Positions 27,701-38,850 of a stretch of 64,000 bases of DNA are shown here, piece by piece. Under the pieces are notes generated by a model. The model searched no databases and was not told the DNA's origin. It saw only the letters and a program-made list of their open reading frames with translations. Source of the DNA: Mobula hypostoma (Eukaryota). The translations under genes and the position numbers were made by a program. The DNA lies in NCBI RefSeq assembly GCF_963921235.1, contig NC_086107.1, positions 92,568,001 to 92,632,000 on the forward strand. The letters are read 5' to 3'. Each line of letters begins with the position of its first letter. Position 1 is the stretch's first letter.

Positions 27701-28100
27701 TCTCCGTGTGTGTACACTCCCTCCTCTCCCTCCACGTGTGTACACTCCCTCCGCTCTCTCCGTGTGTGTACGCTCCCTCCTCTCCCTCCGTGTGTGTACT
27801 CTCCCTCCTCTCTCTCCGTGTGTGTACACTCCCTCCTCTCCTTCCGTGTGTGTACACTCCCTCCGCTCTCTCCGTGTGTGTACACTCCCTCCTCTCTGTG
27901 TGTGTACACTCCCTCCTCTCTCTCCGTGTGTGTACACTCCCTCCTCTCTCTCTCTGTGTACGCTCCCTCCTCTCTCTCCGTGTGTGTACGCTCCCTCCTC
28001 TCTCTCCGTGTGTGTGCCCTCTCTTCCCTCTCCCCCTCCCCCCTCTGCTTGTGTGTACACTCTCTTCCCCTCTCTTATTGTACATGCACACACGCTGCTC
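18746..28100. repeat. 28-bp satellite (CCGTGTGTGTACACTCCCTCCTCTCTCT), homogeneous units
   Basis: ~9.3-kb tandem array; variants TACGC/TACTC and CCGCTC; the consensus unit has no stop codon in any frame. Confidence 0.98.
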
Positions 28101-28599
28101 TCTCCTTGTGTGTAAACTCTCCCCTCTCCCTTTGCTCATTCTTCCCTCTCCCTTTACATGTACCCCTTCCCCTCTTTCTCTGTGCATACCCTCTCCCCCT
28201 CTCCTCTCATGCACACACTTGCCCCTCCCCTTGTATGAATATTCTCCCCTCTCCCCCTCTGTGTACCCTCCCCCCTCCCGTCTCCTTATATCTGTGCTTC
28301 CTTTCCCCCTCCCTCACCTCGATGCCTCCTCAATCGATTCCCTACCCTCTCACTGTAGCTGCTCTCCTTTGGTTTCGTTGAGCAAGTTCTGCGTGTTCTG
28401 TCACCGTCACCCTGGCCTTTGCACATTATCCCCACTCGTGGCCCTCCATTAAAATTCCAATTAAATTCGCACAACTCACTAAACCTGTGTAAAGTCTCTA
28501 TGAATTCATTACTCTCTGCACATCAACTCGATGAATATAAATGGAAACTTTCCTTTTCTTATTTTTCCATTTATAAGATCAATCAAGATATCTGCTGGT

Positions 28600-28931
28600 G
28601 AGTTTTCTTATCCTGCAACCATCAGGCTCCTAAACTAATCTGATAACTTCAGTCATCTCATCTCAGAACTGAACTAATTCCATAGCCTACAAGCTCACTT
28701 TCAATGGCCCTACACTCATGTTCTCAGTATTATTTATTTACTTTTTTACTTTATTTATATTTACTTCTTTTTGTCTTCTTTTTCACATTGTCATTCTTTG
28801 TTTTTTGACACTTTTGCATAAATTCTATTGCATTTCTTTGTTTTCTAGTAAATGTCTGCAAGATGAATCTTAAGGTAGTATATGGTGACATATACATACT
28901 TCGATAATCAGTTTACTTTGACTTTGACTTT
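28600..28931 (+). mobile_element. LINE 3'UTR fragment
   Basis: caaccatcaggctc...ctcactttcaa...gtagtatatggtgacatatacatacttcgataa ending in a (ACTTTG)n tail; the same family recurs at ~42215-42470, ~53725-54015 and ~59770-60105. Confidence 0.65.
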
Positions 28932-29004
28932 GCCCAAGAAATCGAGCCATGCCAGTGTCTCTGTTAAATTCTATCAAGCTCACCTCTGCCCCTTAACTGG
29001 GGTT

Positions 29005-29667
29005 AGAGTCATAGAGAAAGGCAGCACAGAAAGAGCCCTTTGGCCCATCTAGTCCATGCTGAAACCTTTCAAACCGCCTATTCCCATTACCTACACCCAG
29101 ACCATTGACCTCCATATCTCTACTATCCACACACCTATCCAAACTTCTCTCAACCTTTCAAATAGAAATTGCATCCACCACTTGTGCTAGCAGCTCGTTC
29201 CACACTCTCACAACCTGCTGAGTAAAAAGGTTTCCCCTCATGTTCCCCTTAAACTTGCCCCCTAGGCCTGAGTCGACGTAGTAGTAGTAGTCCCTTTAAA
29301 CTTCTCACCTTTCATCCCTAACCTATGACCTTTGGTTGTGGTCTCACCCAACCTCAGTGGAAAAAGCCTGCTTGCATTTACCCTGTCTATACCCCTTATA
29401 ATTTTGTATATCTCTTTCAAGTCCCCTCTCAATCTTCTGCATATTAAAGAATACAGTCCAAACCTATTCAATATTTCTTATAACTCAGGTCCTCCAGACC
29501 CGGCAACGTCCTTGTAAATTTTCTCTGTGCTCTTTCAACCTTGTTTACATCTTTTCTGCAGGTAGGTGACCAAAACTACACACAAAACGTTGAATTAGGC
29601 CTCACCAATGTCTTATACAACTTCAACATAAGATCCCGCCTCCTGTACTCAATACATTGATTTATCA
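29005..29667 (-). mobile_element. CR1 LINE 3' fragment
   Basis: Reverse ORF 29262-29471 RRLRGDLKEIYKIIRGIDRV; CR1 3' hairpin near 29030-29055. Confidence 0.85.
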
Positions 29668-30024
29668 CCATTGCCATCTAACCTAGGTTGTCCTCACCTC
29701 CGTTGGTTGAACTGTGTCTACACTGAGCCTGATCCACACTGTGGCTTCTTCCATTGAAGCTGGACCCACCTGGCCTCCACATTGCTTCTACCTCAAACAG
29801 GATTAACCCTGACACTGCCTGGCTGAAGATGGCAAATGGAAGGGCTGAGATGGCCTTTTCCGAGCACCGCTTGCTCGGTGTCATTCAAAGGGTCACCAAT
29901 GATGGAGAGGTCAAAGTTCACTCATCCCTAAATCCCAGCTCTCTGTGAGCTGTGGAATGGAATGAGAGGCCCCATCATGAAAGAACAAGAGGTACAGTGC
30001 TGTTGAAAAGTCACAGCTTATATA

Positions 30025-31665
30025 CAGTGCCTGTAAAAAGTATTTACACACTCTCCCCTTGGAAGTTTTCATGTTTTATTGTTTTACAACATTGAATCTC
30101 AGTGGATTCTATTTGGCTTTTTTGATACTGATGAACAGCAAAAGACTTTTGTGTCAAAGTGAAAACAGATCTCTATAAAGTGATCTAAATTAATTACAAA
30201 TATAAAACACAAAATAATTGGTTGCGTAAGTTTTCAAGATGACACACCAAATCATCACTGGTGCAACCAGTTGGCTTGGGAAGTCACTTAATTAATTCAG
30301 TGGAGATTTGTTTTTGGAGACCTGTGTGCAGTCAAGGTGTTTCAATTGACCGCAGTTAAGATACGCCTGTACCTGGAAGGTCCGACTGCGGGTGAGTCAG
30401 TATCCTGGCAATTACTACAACATGAAGACAAAAGGACACTCCAAGCAACTCCACAAAAAGGCTATTGAAAAGCACAAATCAGGAGATGGGTGCAAGAAAA
30501 TTTCCGAGTCACTGAATATCCCTTGGAGTACAGTTAAGTCAATCATCAAGAAATGGAAAGAGTATGGCACAGCTGTAAATTTGCCTACAGCAGGCCATCC
30601 TCGATAACTGACAGAGCATGCAAGAAGGGGACTAGTGAGGGAGATCACTAAGTGACCTATGATAACTCTGGAGGAGTTACAGGCTTCAGTGGCTGAGATG
30701 GGAGAGACTGTGCAAACAACAACTGTTGCCCGGTTGCTTCACCAGTCACAGCTTTATGGGAGAGAGGCAAAGAGAAAGCCACTGTTGAAAGAACCTTACA
30801 TGAAATCTCAGCTGGAGGTTGCCAGAAGCATGTGAGAGACTCTGAAGACAGCTGGAAGAAGGTTCTATAATCTGATGAAATCAAAATTGAGCTTTTTAAC
30901 CATCAGACTAAACACTATGTTTGGCATAAGCTGTACACTGCACATAATCAAAAACACCCCATCCCCTGCCGTGAAACATGGTGGTGGCTGCATCATGCTG
31001 TGGGGATGCTTCACTGCAGCAGGCCCTAGAAGGCTTATGAAGGTAGAGGGTAAAATGAATGCAGCAAAATACAGGGAAACCCTGGAGGAAAACCTGATGG
31101 AGTATGCAAGAGAATTGCAACTTGGGAGATAATTTGTTCTCCAGCAAGACAATAACCCAAAGCATAAAGACAAAGCTATGAAGGAATGGCTTAAAAACAA
31201 CGAAGTTAATGTCCTGGAGTGGTCAAGTCAGAGCCCAGAACTCAATCCAATTGAGAATTTGTGGCTGGACTTGGAAAAGTGGTGTTCACTCTTGATCCGC
31301 ATGCAATCTGACAGAGCGTGAGCGGTTTTGTAACGTAGAATGGGGAAAAAATTGCAGTGTCCAGATGTGCAAAGCTGATAGAGACCTATCCACACAGACT
31401 CAAGGCTGTAATTGCTGCCAAAGTTGCATCTACTAAATACTGACTTGAAGTGGGTAACAATCAATTATTTTGTGTTTTATATTTATAATTAGATTAGAAT
31501 CACTTTGTTGAGATCTGTTTTCATCTGTTTTCACTTTGACATGAAAGACTTTTTTTTCTGTTGATCAGCATCAAAAAAGCCAAATTAAATCCACTGTGAT
31601 TCAATGTTGTAAAACAATAAAACATGAAAACTTCCTGGGTGGGGAAATACTTTTTATGGGCACTG
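30025..31665 (+). mobile_element. Full-length Tc1-family DNA transposon with ~200-bp TIRs
   Basis: TA|CAGTGCCTGTAAAAAGTATT...AATACTTTTTATGGGCACTG|TA; inner TIR GGAAGTTTTCATGTTTTATTGTTTTACAACATTGAATC mirrored at ~31598-31635. Confidence 0.95.
30422..31443 (+). pseudogene. Tc1 DDE transposase, disrupted
   Basis: MKTKGHSKQL...KKISESLNIPWSTVKSIIKKWKEYG HTH region, [38 protein letters not shown], ends TKY*; several stops and frameshifts. Confidence 0.9.
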
Positions 31666-32097
31666 TATATAGATAGGGTGCCTTAGACTTCTGCACAACG
31701 CTGCAGTAATTTTACATATTATACTGTACTGTTGTCACAAAAAAAATCATGACATATGTGAGTAATGATAAACCTGATTCTGATGTGGGTCTCTATTCTG
31801 GACTGAGAGTGGGAAGGGGGCAGGGAGAGGGGAATCACCGTTGGGAAAAGGGGGAGGGAGCGGGAAGCACCAGAGAGACATTCTGTAGTGATCAATACAC
31901 CAGTTATTTGGAATCAAATGACCTTGCCCGGTCACTCAGAGCTGAGAGTATCTGCGCTCACGGCACCCCCTGCCCCTGGCACTCCTTCTATGCCACCTGT
32001 CCCACACCCCTCCGAGGATGCTCCACTCCCATCCTTTGCTCCCGCCAGATTTACAAGCGTGCTCCATGTTGACAAATACAGTACTGTGCAAAAGTCC

Positions 32098-32640
32098 CCA
32101 TAGTGCCCGGAACCTCCAAGTGTTGCAAACTAACCCCTCGCACATGAAATCTAACAGGAGGCAGATCAAATGGCCTGCAGCTAACATGACTTCACTGTGG
32201 AAGCAGTTTGATGAAGATGTTAACCAAATTCTGGAGGCAACGGCGAAGGGAGGGGTTGATAGGAAGCTGCAAGTCATGACAACAAATATTGTTAGTCAGC
32301 AGGCTGGCTGGAGAGCGAGGTGTCTCCCAGTGGAGGCTGGTTGTAGGAGATTCGTAGCCCGTTCTTTAGTTAGAGCCATCAGCATTTTGGGCATCAAGGG
32401 AGAGAGGAAGAGGAGAGCCATCCGCAGTACCACCGATGTGGCAGAGAGGGCCTCAAGATGGCTGTGGCTCAAAAGAGGGGAGCCACAGAGTCATAAGTAA
32501 CTGGCCATCTGGACACAAGCTGGGGTCTGATCAGCCCCGGCTGGGTCACCTGGAGGAGGTTGTATGATGTTGAAAGACCCGAAACACCCGATGATTCCAG
32601 AAACATCACTGAAGATGTGTCCAGAAGCATCAATAGATGT
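32098..32640 (+). mobile_element. Internally deleted HERO-like (restriction-like endonuclease, RLE) non-LTR retrotransposon
   Basis: HSARNLQV...IKWPAANMTSLWKQFDEDVNQILEATAKG is fused to GWRARCLPVEAGCRRF...AERASRWLWLKRGEP*, followed by a structured 3'UTR. Family assignment is from recalled motifs. Confidence 0.7.
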
Positions 32641-33897
32641 TATGTACACAGTGTCAAAGGTAATAACTACAGCAACAAAACATTAATCTCAGTCTGAAAC
32701 ACCAACTGTCCACTTCCTTTCATTGATGCTATCAGACCTGTGGAATTCCACCAGCACCTTCGCGGACTCATCCATGGTTGATAGGTTCTTGATTAGTCAG
32801 GGCATCAAAAGTTACAGGGAGAAGGCAGGGACTGGGGTTGAGAGGGAGAATAAAACAGCCATGATGGAATGGTAGAGCAGACTTGATGGGCTGAAGGCCC
32901 TAATATAACTCATATGTCTTATGTCTTACTAACAGTGCAAGGCTCAGGAAGCAACATAATTCCTGGTCGAAGGAGCTCCTTACATGCTGTAGCTTCTAAA
33001 TAACCTGTGGTGTGGTTTTCTGTTGATGTCATGACAATTATACTGCAGTTTAACTTCTGTGCTGGCATCAGTGGTAGATGCAGTTAATAGGACGTTATTG
33101 ACATAGGCTGGCAGAATGGGCTGACAAGTAGCAGATGGAATTTCATACAAAGAAGTTCGAGCGTATTTTGACAAGTGAAATGGGACAGAAAGTGAAATAA
33201 TTTCAACTTTATTCCACAGTTCATCATCTGTGAGCTCTGTGCGTAGAGATTTGATCACGGCAAGACACATTCTGTTGAGAAACAATTGGCAATGTATCTG
33301 GGAGTTTGCAATTTAAAACAGAAGGTGCTGAGTAACAAAGGGGAAAAATTCAGTTCAGCCTTGACGGTCCAGTTCTGCAATGAGCTCTTCTGCCCTGTGC
33401 GGGGTGCTGGAGAGCATTGGGGTCTAGGGTTTCTTGAGCAACTGAATTGGTTAATTGTTGTTTAGCAAGAGTCGGTAATCATTTAGATTTGATGTGGTTT
33501 TGTCGAATGATTCATTCTTTGTAATGTGGTCTCCTGGTGCTTTCTGCTTAAACTTGTTAAGTTTATCTTGAGAGGTTTGGGGATTCCGTGTTCCTTGTAT
33601 TATTTAGTGGATGCCCAATTATTGCTAATCACGGGGTCCTAGTTTTGAGAATGTTACGTATCACAGTGTCGCTTGGCCAAGAAAACCATGTTCTTTTGGA
33701 ATTCATATGAATAATGTTTTGGTCACCATTTGTACATCTTTCCTCTGCACGTGGGTTCCGACAATGCCAGTGCATGTTGTGACAGGTTAGGTCATAGCTG
33801 GAGGATTCCATGTAGCTCTCGTCATCAGAAGGATGGAGACGTCCTTAAGAGGGTGTAGGAGAGACTTAGCAGCTGAGATTCCTCAGAACAAAGGAAG

Positions 33898-34360
33898 TTA
33901 GAACACAGAATACAACATAGAACATTACATCACAGGACAGGCGATTCACCCCACGATGTTTTGCCTACCATTTAACCTGCTCTAAGATCAATCTAACCCT
34001 TCCCTCCCACAAAGCCCTCCATTTTTCTATCAACCACATGATTTTCTATCAACCATAAGATTCTTAAATGCTCCTAATATATCTACCTCCACCACCACAC
34101 TGGCAGAGTGCTTCACGTACCCACCACTCCCTGTGCAAAAACAACTTAGCTCTGAATTTTCCCCTGTGATTTCCTCTAACCACCTCAAAATGATGTCCCC
34201 TGGTATTAGCCATTTCTGCCCTGGGACAAAAAGTCTTTGGCTGTCCACTCAATCTATGCTCTCATCATCTTGTAGACTTTTATCAAATCACCTCTCATCC
34301 TTCTTCACTCCAGAGAGAAAAGCCCTAACTCACTCATCCTTTCCTCATAAGACATGCTCA
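33898..34360 (-). mobile_element. CR1 LINE 3' fragment
   Basis: The reverse strand gives YEERMSELGLFSLE and FCPRAEMANTRGHHF; AGAAC-type tail at ~33900-33925. Confidence 0.75.
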
Positions 34361-34465
34361 TAACTCGTAAGAGTAGAGGATATATTGGATAAATGTGAGC
34401 TAGATTATGATGTTTGGGGAGGATTGATAAAGTAATTGTCTTGCTCTTGGGTGTCATTGAGTGAC

Positions 34466-34765
34466 ATGGTAGTGTAGCAGTTAGCATAACACTCGTCTGT
34501 GCCAGCGACTGAGATTCAATTCCCACGTCTGTCAGTAAGGATTTTGTACATTCTCTCTATGATCGTGTGGGTTACCTTCGTGTACTCTGCTTTCCTCCCA
34601 CGTTCCAAAGATGTAAGGTTTAGTAAGTTGTAGGCAGGCTATGTTTCCATCACTTGTGGGCTTGTGCTAGGTCATCTTCAGATGGTGTTGATTGTTGACA
34701 CAAACAACGCATTTCACAGTATGTTTCAATGTACATGTCACAAATAAAGCTAATCTTTAAATCTG
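34466..34765 (+). mobile_element. V-SINE
   Basis: tRNA-like head TGGTAGTGTAGCAGTTAGC...GATTCAATTCCC; V-domain TGCTTTCCTCCCACGTTCCAAAGA; tail ACAAATAAAGCTAATCT. Confidence 0.75.
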
Positions 34766-35041
34766 ATCTTCAGTTAATCCTGCAAAGAATGGGGAGGGGG
34801 GAAGACTTGAGGCTTAGGGGAAGGTCCATGAGGTGGATGTGAGGAAGAGCTTCTTTGTGAGGTGGCTTGGGTTTTGTTGATGGAAATGGAGGTGATCGAA
34901 GATTTCAGAAGGGATTTGGGCAGGCGTCAGATGGAAATGAAGGTGCGATTGGAGGCAGGTGGTAAGAGAGCGGACCTGAATGGAGGGCCTGAACTTCTTC
35001 ACTCAGAGTGTGGTGTGAGCGTGAAACGAGTTGCCAGCAGA

Positions 35042-35077
35042 AGTCCTGACGAAGGGTCTCGGCCTGAAACGTCGACT
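35042..35077 (+). ncRNA. Minimal type I hammerhead ribozyme (Penelope-type), intact core
   Basis: AGTC-CTGACGA-AGG gtctcgg CCT-GAAA-C-GTC-GACT: stem I AGTC/GACT, conserved CUGANGA and GAAA, GUC triplet, loopless palindromic stem III (ACGT). Confidence 0.75.
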
Positions 35078-35444
35078 GCACCTCTTCCTACAGATGCTGC
35101 TTGGCCTGCTGCGTTCACCAGCAACTCTGATGTATGTTGCCAGCAGAAGTGGTAGATTGCAACATTTATGAGAAGTTTGAATAAATACATGGATGGAGGC
35201 CTGTGATCCAGGTGCAGGCCAATGGGACGAGGCAGAATAACAGTTCGGCATGGACTAGGTAGGCCAAAGGGTTTCTGTGCTGTTGTACTCAATGTCTCTG
35301 AAATGTGTGTGGACTGGATGATATCCTCGTGTCGAGAGAACTCGAGGAAGTCTACTCTTCCCAGTGTGATCAGACTAATAATTATCCCTTTCCAACATCA
35401 GAGAGGGTGCAGAAAATCACCAGGAATTTACTAGAATGGAGGAT

Positions 35445-36366
35445 TTGAATTGTAAGTTGGGACATTATGTTACAACTGTACAAGATGCTGGTGAGGCCAT
35501 ACTTGCTGTGTAGTTCTGGTCATCCAGCGATAGGAAGCATGCCATTAGACTCAAAAGGTTGCAGAGAAGATTCACGAGGATGTTACCAGGACTGGTGTGC
35601 CTGAGTTATAAGGAGAGGTTTAGACCGTTTCCCCCAGACTGTAGGACGCTGATCGTGTATAAAACTGGGGGCGCACAGTGCATAGTTCCCTGAAGGTGGA
35701 ATCTCATGTGGATAGGGTGGTGAAGAAAGCTTTTGATATGCTGGCCTTTATAAATCAGAGCACTGAGTATAGGATGTAATGTTGAAATTGTACAAGGCAT
35801 TGGTAAGGCCAAATTTGGAGTATTGTGTACAGTTCTGGTCACCGAATTATAGGAAAGATGTCAACAAAATTGAGAGAGCACAGAGAAGATTTTCTAGAAT
35901 GTTACCTGGGTTTCATCTCCTAAATTACAGAGAAAGGTTGAACAAGTTGGGTCTTTATTCTTTGGAGCGTAGAAGGTTGAGGGGTGACTTGATAGAGGTG
36001 TTTAAAATTATAAGGGGGATAGATAGAGTTGACGTGGATAGGCTTTTTCCATTGAGAGTGGGGGAGATTCAAACAAGAGGACATGAGTTGAGAATTAAAG
36101 GGCAAAAGTTTAGGGGTAACATGAGGGGGAACTTCTTTACTCAGAGAGTGGTAGCTGTGTGGAACGAGCTTCCAGCAGAAGTGGTTAAGGCAGGTTCGAT
36201 GTTGTCATTTAAAGTTAAATCGGACAGCTATATGGACAGGAAAGTAATGGAGGGTTATAGGCTGAGTGCAGGTCGGTGGGACTAGGTGAGAGTAAGAGTT
36301 TGGCACGGAATAGAAGGGCTGAGATGGCCTGTTTCTGTGCTGTAATTGTTATATGGTTATATGGTT
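35445..36366 (+). mobile_element. Two tandem CR1 LINE 3' fragments
   Basis: ORF 35779-36285 MLKLYKALVRPNLEYCVQFWSP...LERRRLRGDLIEVFKI...FFTQRVVAVWNELP; (GTTATATG)n tail. Confidence 0.9.
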
Positions 36367-36369
36367 AAC

Positions 36370-36715
36370 AGTAGCATAGCGGCTAGCGGTACACAATTTC
36401 AACACCAGTGACCTGGGTTCACTTCCTACTGCTGTCTATAAGGAGCTTGCACGTTCTCCCTGTGACCGCGTGGGTTTCCTCCGGGTGCTCCGCCTTTCAT
36501 CCCTCATGCTAAAGGCGTATGGGTTAGGAGGTTAATGGCTCCGTTAATTGATCTGAAGGACCTCCCCGTGACCGCGTGGGTTTCCTCCTGCAGTCTAAAA
36601 ACCTATTGGTAGGTTGGTCATTGTAAACTGTTCAGTGATTAGGCTGGGATTAAATCAGGGGCTGGGTGGCACGGCTGAACCCAGGAGGGACCATTCAGTG
36701 CTATATCTCAATATG
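36370..36715 (+). mobile_element. V-SINE pair
   Basis: CGTTCTCCCTGTGACCGCGTGGGTTTCCTCCGGGTGCTCC domain, partly repeated at ~36563. Confidence 0.75.
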
Positions 36716-36967
36716 TTCAGAAGCTGATAGTTTATGATTCAGATGAAGAGAAATTCTCTCAGAGGGCAATGAGTCTGCAGAATTCTCTCCTTCAGTCTAA
36801 TCAGTGTTGAGGATGTTCAAATCGGAGATCTTGGACACCGGGGATATCAGGAGATACTGAGATCAGGTGAAAACGTGGATGAGATTCGCATTGTCTTATG
36901 GACTGACAAAGGCTGGAGGAGTCTTATGGGTTCTGTTGTAATTCTGTGTTCTTGAGAGGTGACATAC

Positions 36968-38850
36968 ACTCAGTAGTCACTTTATTAGATGCCTTCCGTA
37001 CCTGATAAAATGACCAGTGAGTGTATGTCTGTGGTCTTCTGCTGTTGTTGGCCATCCACTTCAAGGCCTATTTTATTATTGAGATACAGTGCAGATAGGC
37101 CCTTCTGGCCCTTCGAGCCATGCATCCCTGTAATCCCCGACTTAACCCTGGCCTAATCACGGGACAATTTACAATGACCAATTGACCTACCAACTGGTAC
37201 TTCTTTGGACTGTGGGAGGAAACAGGAGCACATGGAGTAAACCCACGTGGTCACAGGGAGAACATACAAACTCCTTACAGGCAGAGGTGGGAATTGAACC
37301 CAGGTCGCCTGTACCGTAAAGCATTGCTAACCACTAGGCATCAACATGGCGCTGATTCAGATTTGGTCTCCTGCACACCACTGTTGTAACACATGGTTAT
37401 TAAAATCACTATAGCTTGAACCAGTCTGGCCATTCTCCTCTGACCTCTCTTATCAACAAGGAATTTTCACCCTCAGAAATGCTGCTTACTGGATGTTTTC
37501 TGGTTCTCACACCATTCTCTGTAAATTCTAGAGACTGTTGTGCATGAAAATCCCAAGAGATCAGCAGTTTCTCAGATACTCCAACCACCCCATCTAGCAC
37601 CGACAATCATTCCACAGTCAAAGTCACTTAGATCACATTTCTTCCCCAGTCTGGTGTTTGGCCTGGAGCTCTTGACCATTTCTGCATGTTTTTCCGAATC
37701 AGGATCAGATTTAATATCTCCGGCATATGTCGTGAAATTTGTTAACTTTACAGCAGCGGTACAATGATAAATAAATATACAGAAAAACAAACTGCCCTAT
37801 ATTAAGTATATATATGTCTGTTAAATGGTTAAGTTACAACAAGTAGTGCAAAATAACAGAAAATTTGAAGCAGTGAGGTAGTGTTCGTGGGCTCAATGTC
37901 CATTTAGAAATCGAATGGTGGAGGGGAAGAAGCTGTTTCTGAATCGCTGAGTGTGTGCCTTCAGGCTTCTGTACCTCCTTCTGGACAGTAACAGTGTGAA
38001 GAGGACATGTCCTGGGTGGTGGGGATCCTTAATGATGGATACCGGCTTCCTAAGGCTCCGCTCCTTGAAGATGACTTGGATACTATGGAGGCTGGTACCC
38101 ATGATAGATCTGACTAATTTTACAAGTTTCTGCAGCTTATTTCTATCTTGTGCAGTAGCCCCCTACCCCCCACACCAGACGGTGATGCAGCCATTCAGAA
38201 TGCTCTCCACGGTATATTTGTAGTTTTCAAGAGTTTGAGTTGACAAACCAAAACTCCTCAAACTCCTAATGAAATATAGCCGCTGTCTTGCCTTCTTTAT
38301 AGCTGCATCAATATGTTGAGTCCAGGTTAGTTCCTCAGAGATATTCACACCCAGGATCTTGAAATTGCTGACACTCCCCACGTTGGATCCCTCTATGAGG
38401 ATTGGTTTGTGTTCCCTCATCTTACCCTTTCTGAAGTCCCCAATCAGCTCTTCGTTCTTGCTGGTGGTGAGTGACACCACTCAACTAACTGATGTACCTC
38501 ACTCCTGTAGGCCCTCTCGTCTCCACCTGGAATTCTGCTGACAATGGCTGTATCATCAGCAAATTTGCAGGTTCTGTTCGAGCTATGCTCAGCTGCACAG
38601 TCATAGGTGTAGCGGGAGTAGAGCAGTGGGCTAAGCACACGTCCCTCAGGCGTGCCAGTGTCAATGGTCAATGAGGTGAAGATTCTATTTCCAATCTGCA
38701 CAGATTGTGGTCTTCTGGTTAGGAAGTCAGGATCCAGTTGCAGAGGGAGGTACAGAGGCCCAGGATCTGTAGGTTTTGGCATTGAGTTGCTGTCACATGA
38801 TTGGCTGATTAGATATTTGCATTAACGAGCAATAAAGTGGACTGAGTCTA
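36968..38850 (-). mobile_element. Tc1-type non-autonomous element (same family as 8980-9546) with a nested V-SINE (~37070-37335) and Rex1 LINE (~37697-38780)
   Basis: TIR CACTCAGTAGTCACTTTATTAG; reverse ORF LGKKCDLSDFDCGMIVGAR; nested RT remnants VLSPLLYS, KFADDTAIV and KARQRLYFIRSLR. Confidence 0.8.

Noticed and set aside
13230..28100. CRISPR-like array (27-28-bp partly palindromic repeats)
   Set aside because: No unique spacers, no cas genes, vertebrate context.
18583..28452. Giant ORFs (up to 2720 aa) on both strands
   Set aside because: The 28-bp unit has no stop codon and is not a multiple of 3, so all six frames stay open and give the same cyclic peptide; frame-shifting indels are tolerated. 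Satellite artefact.
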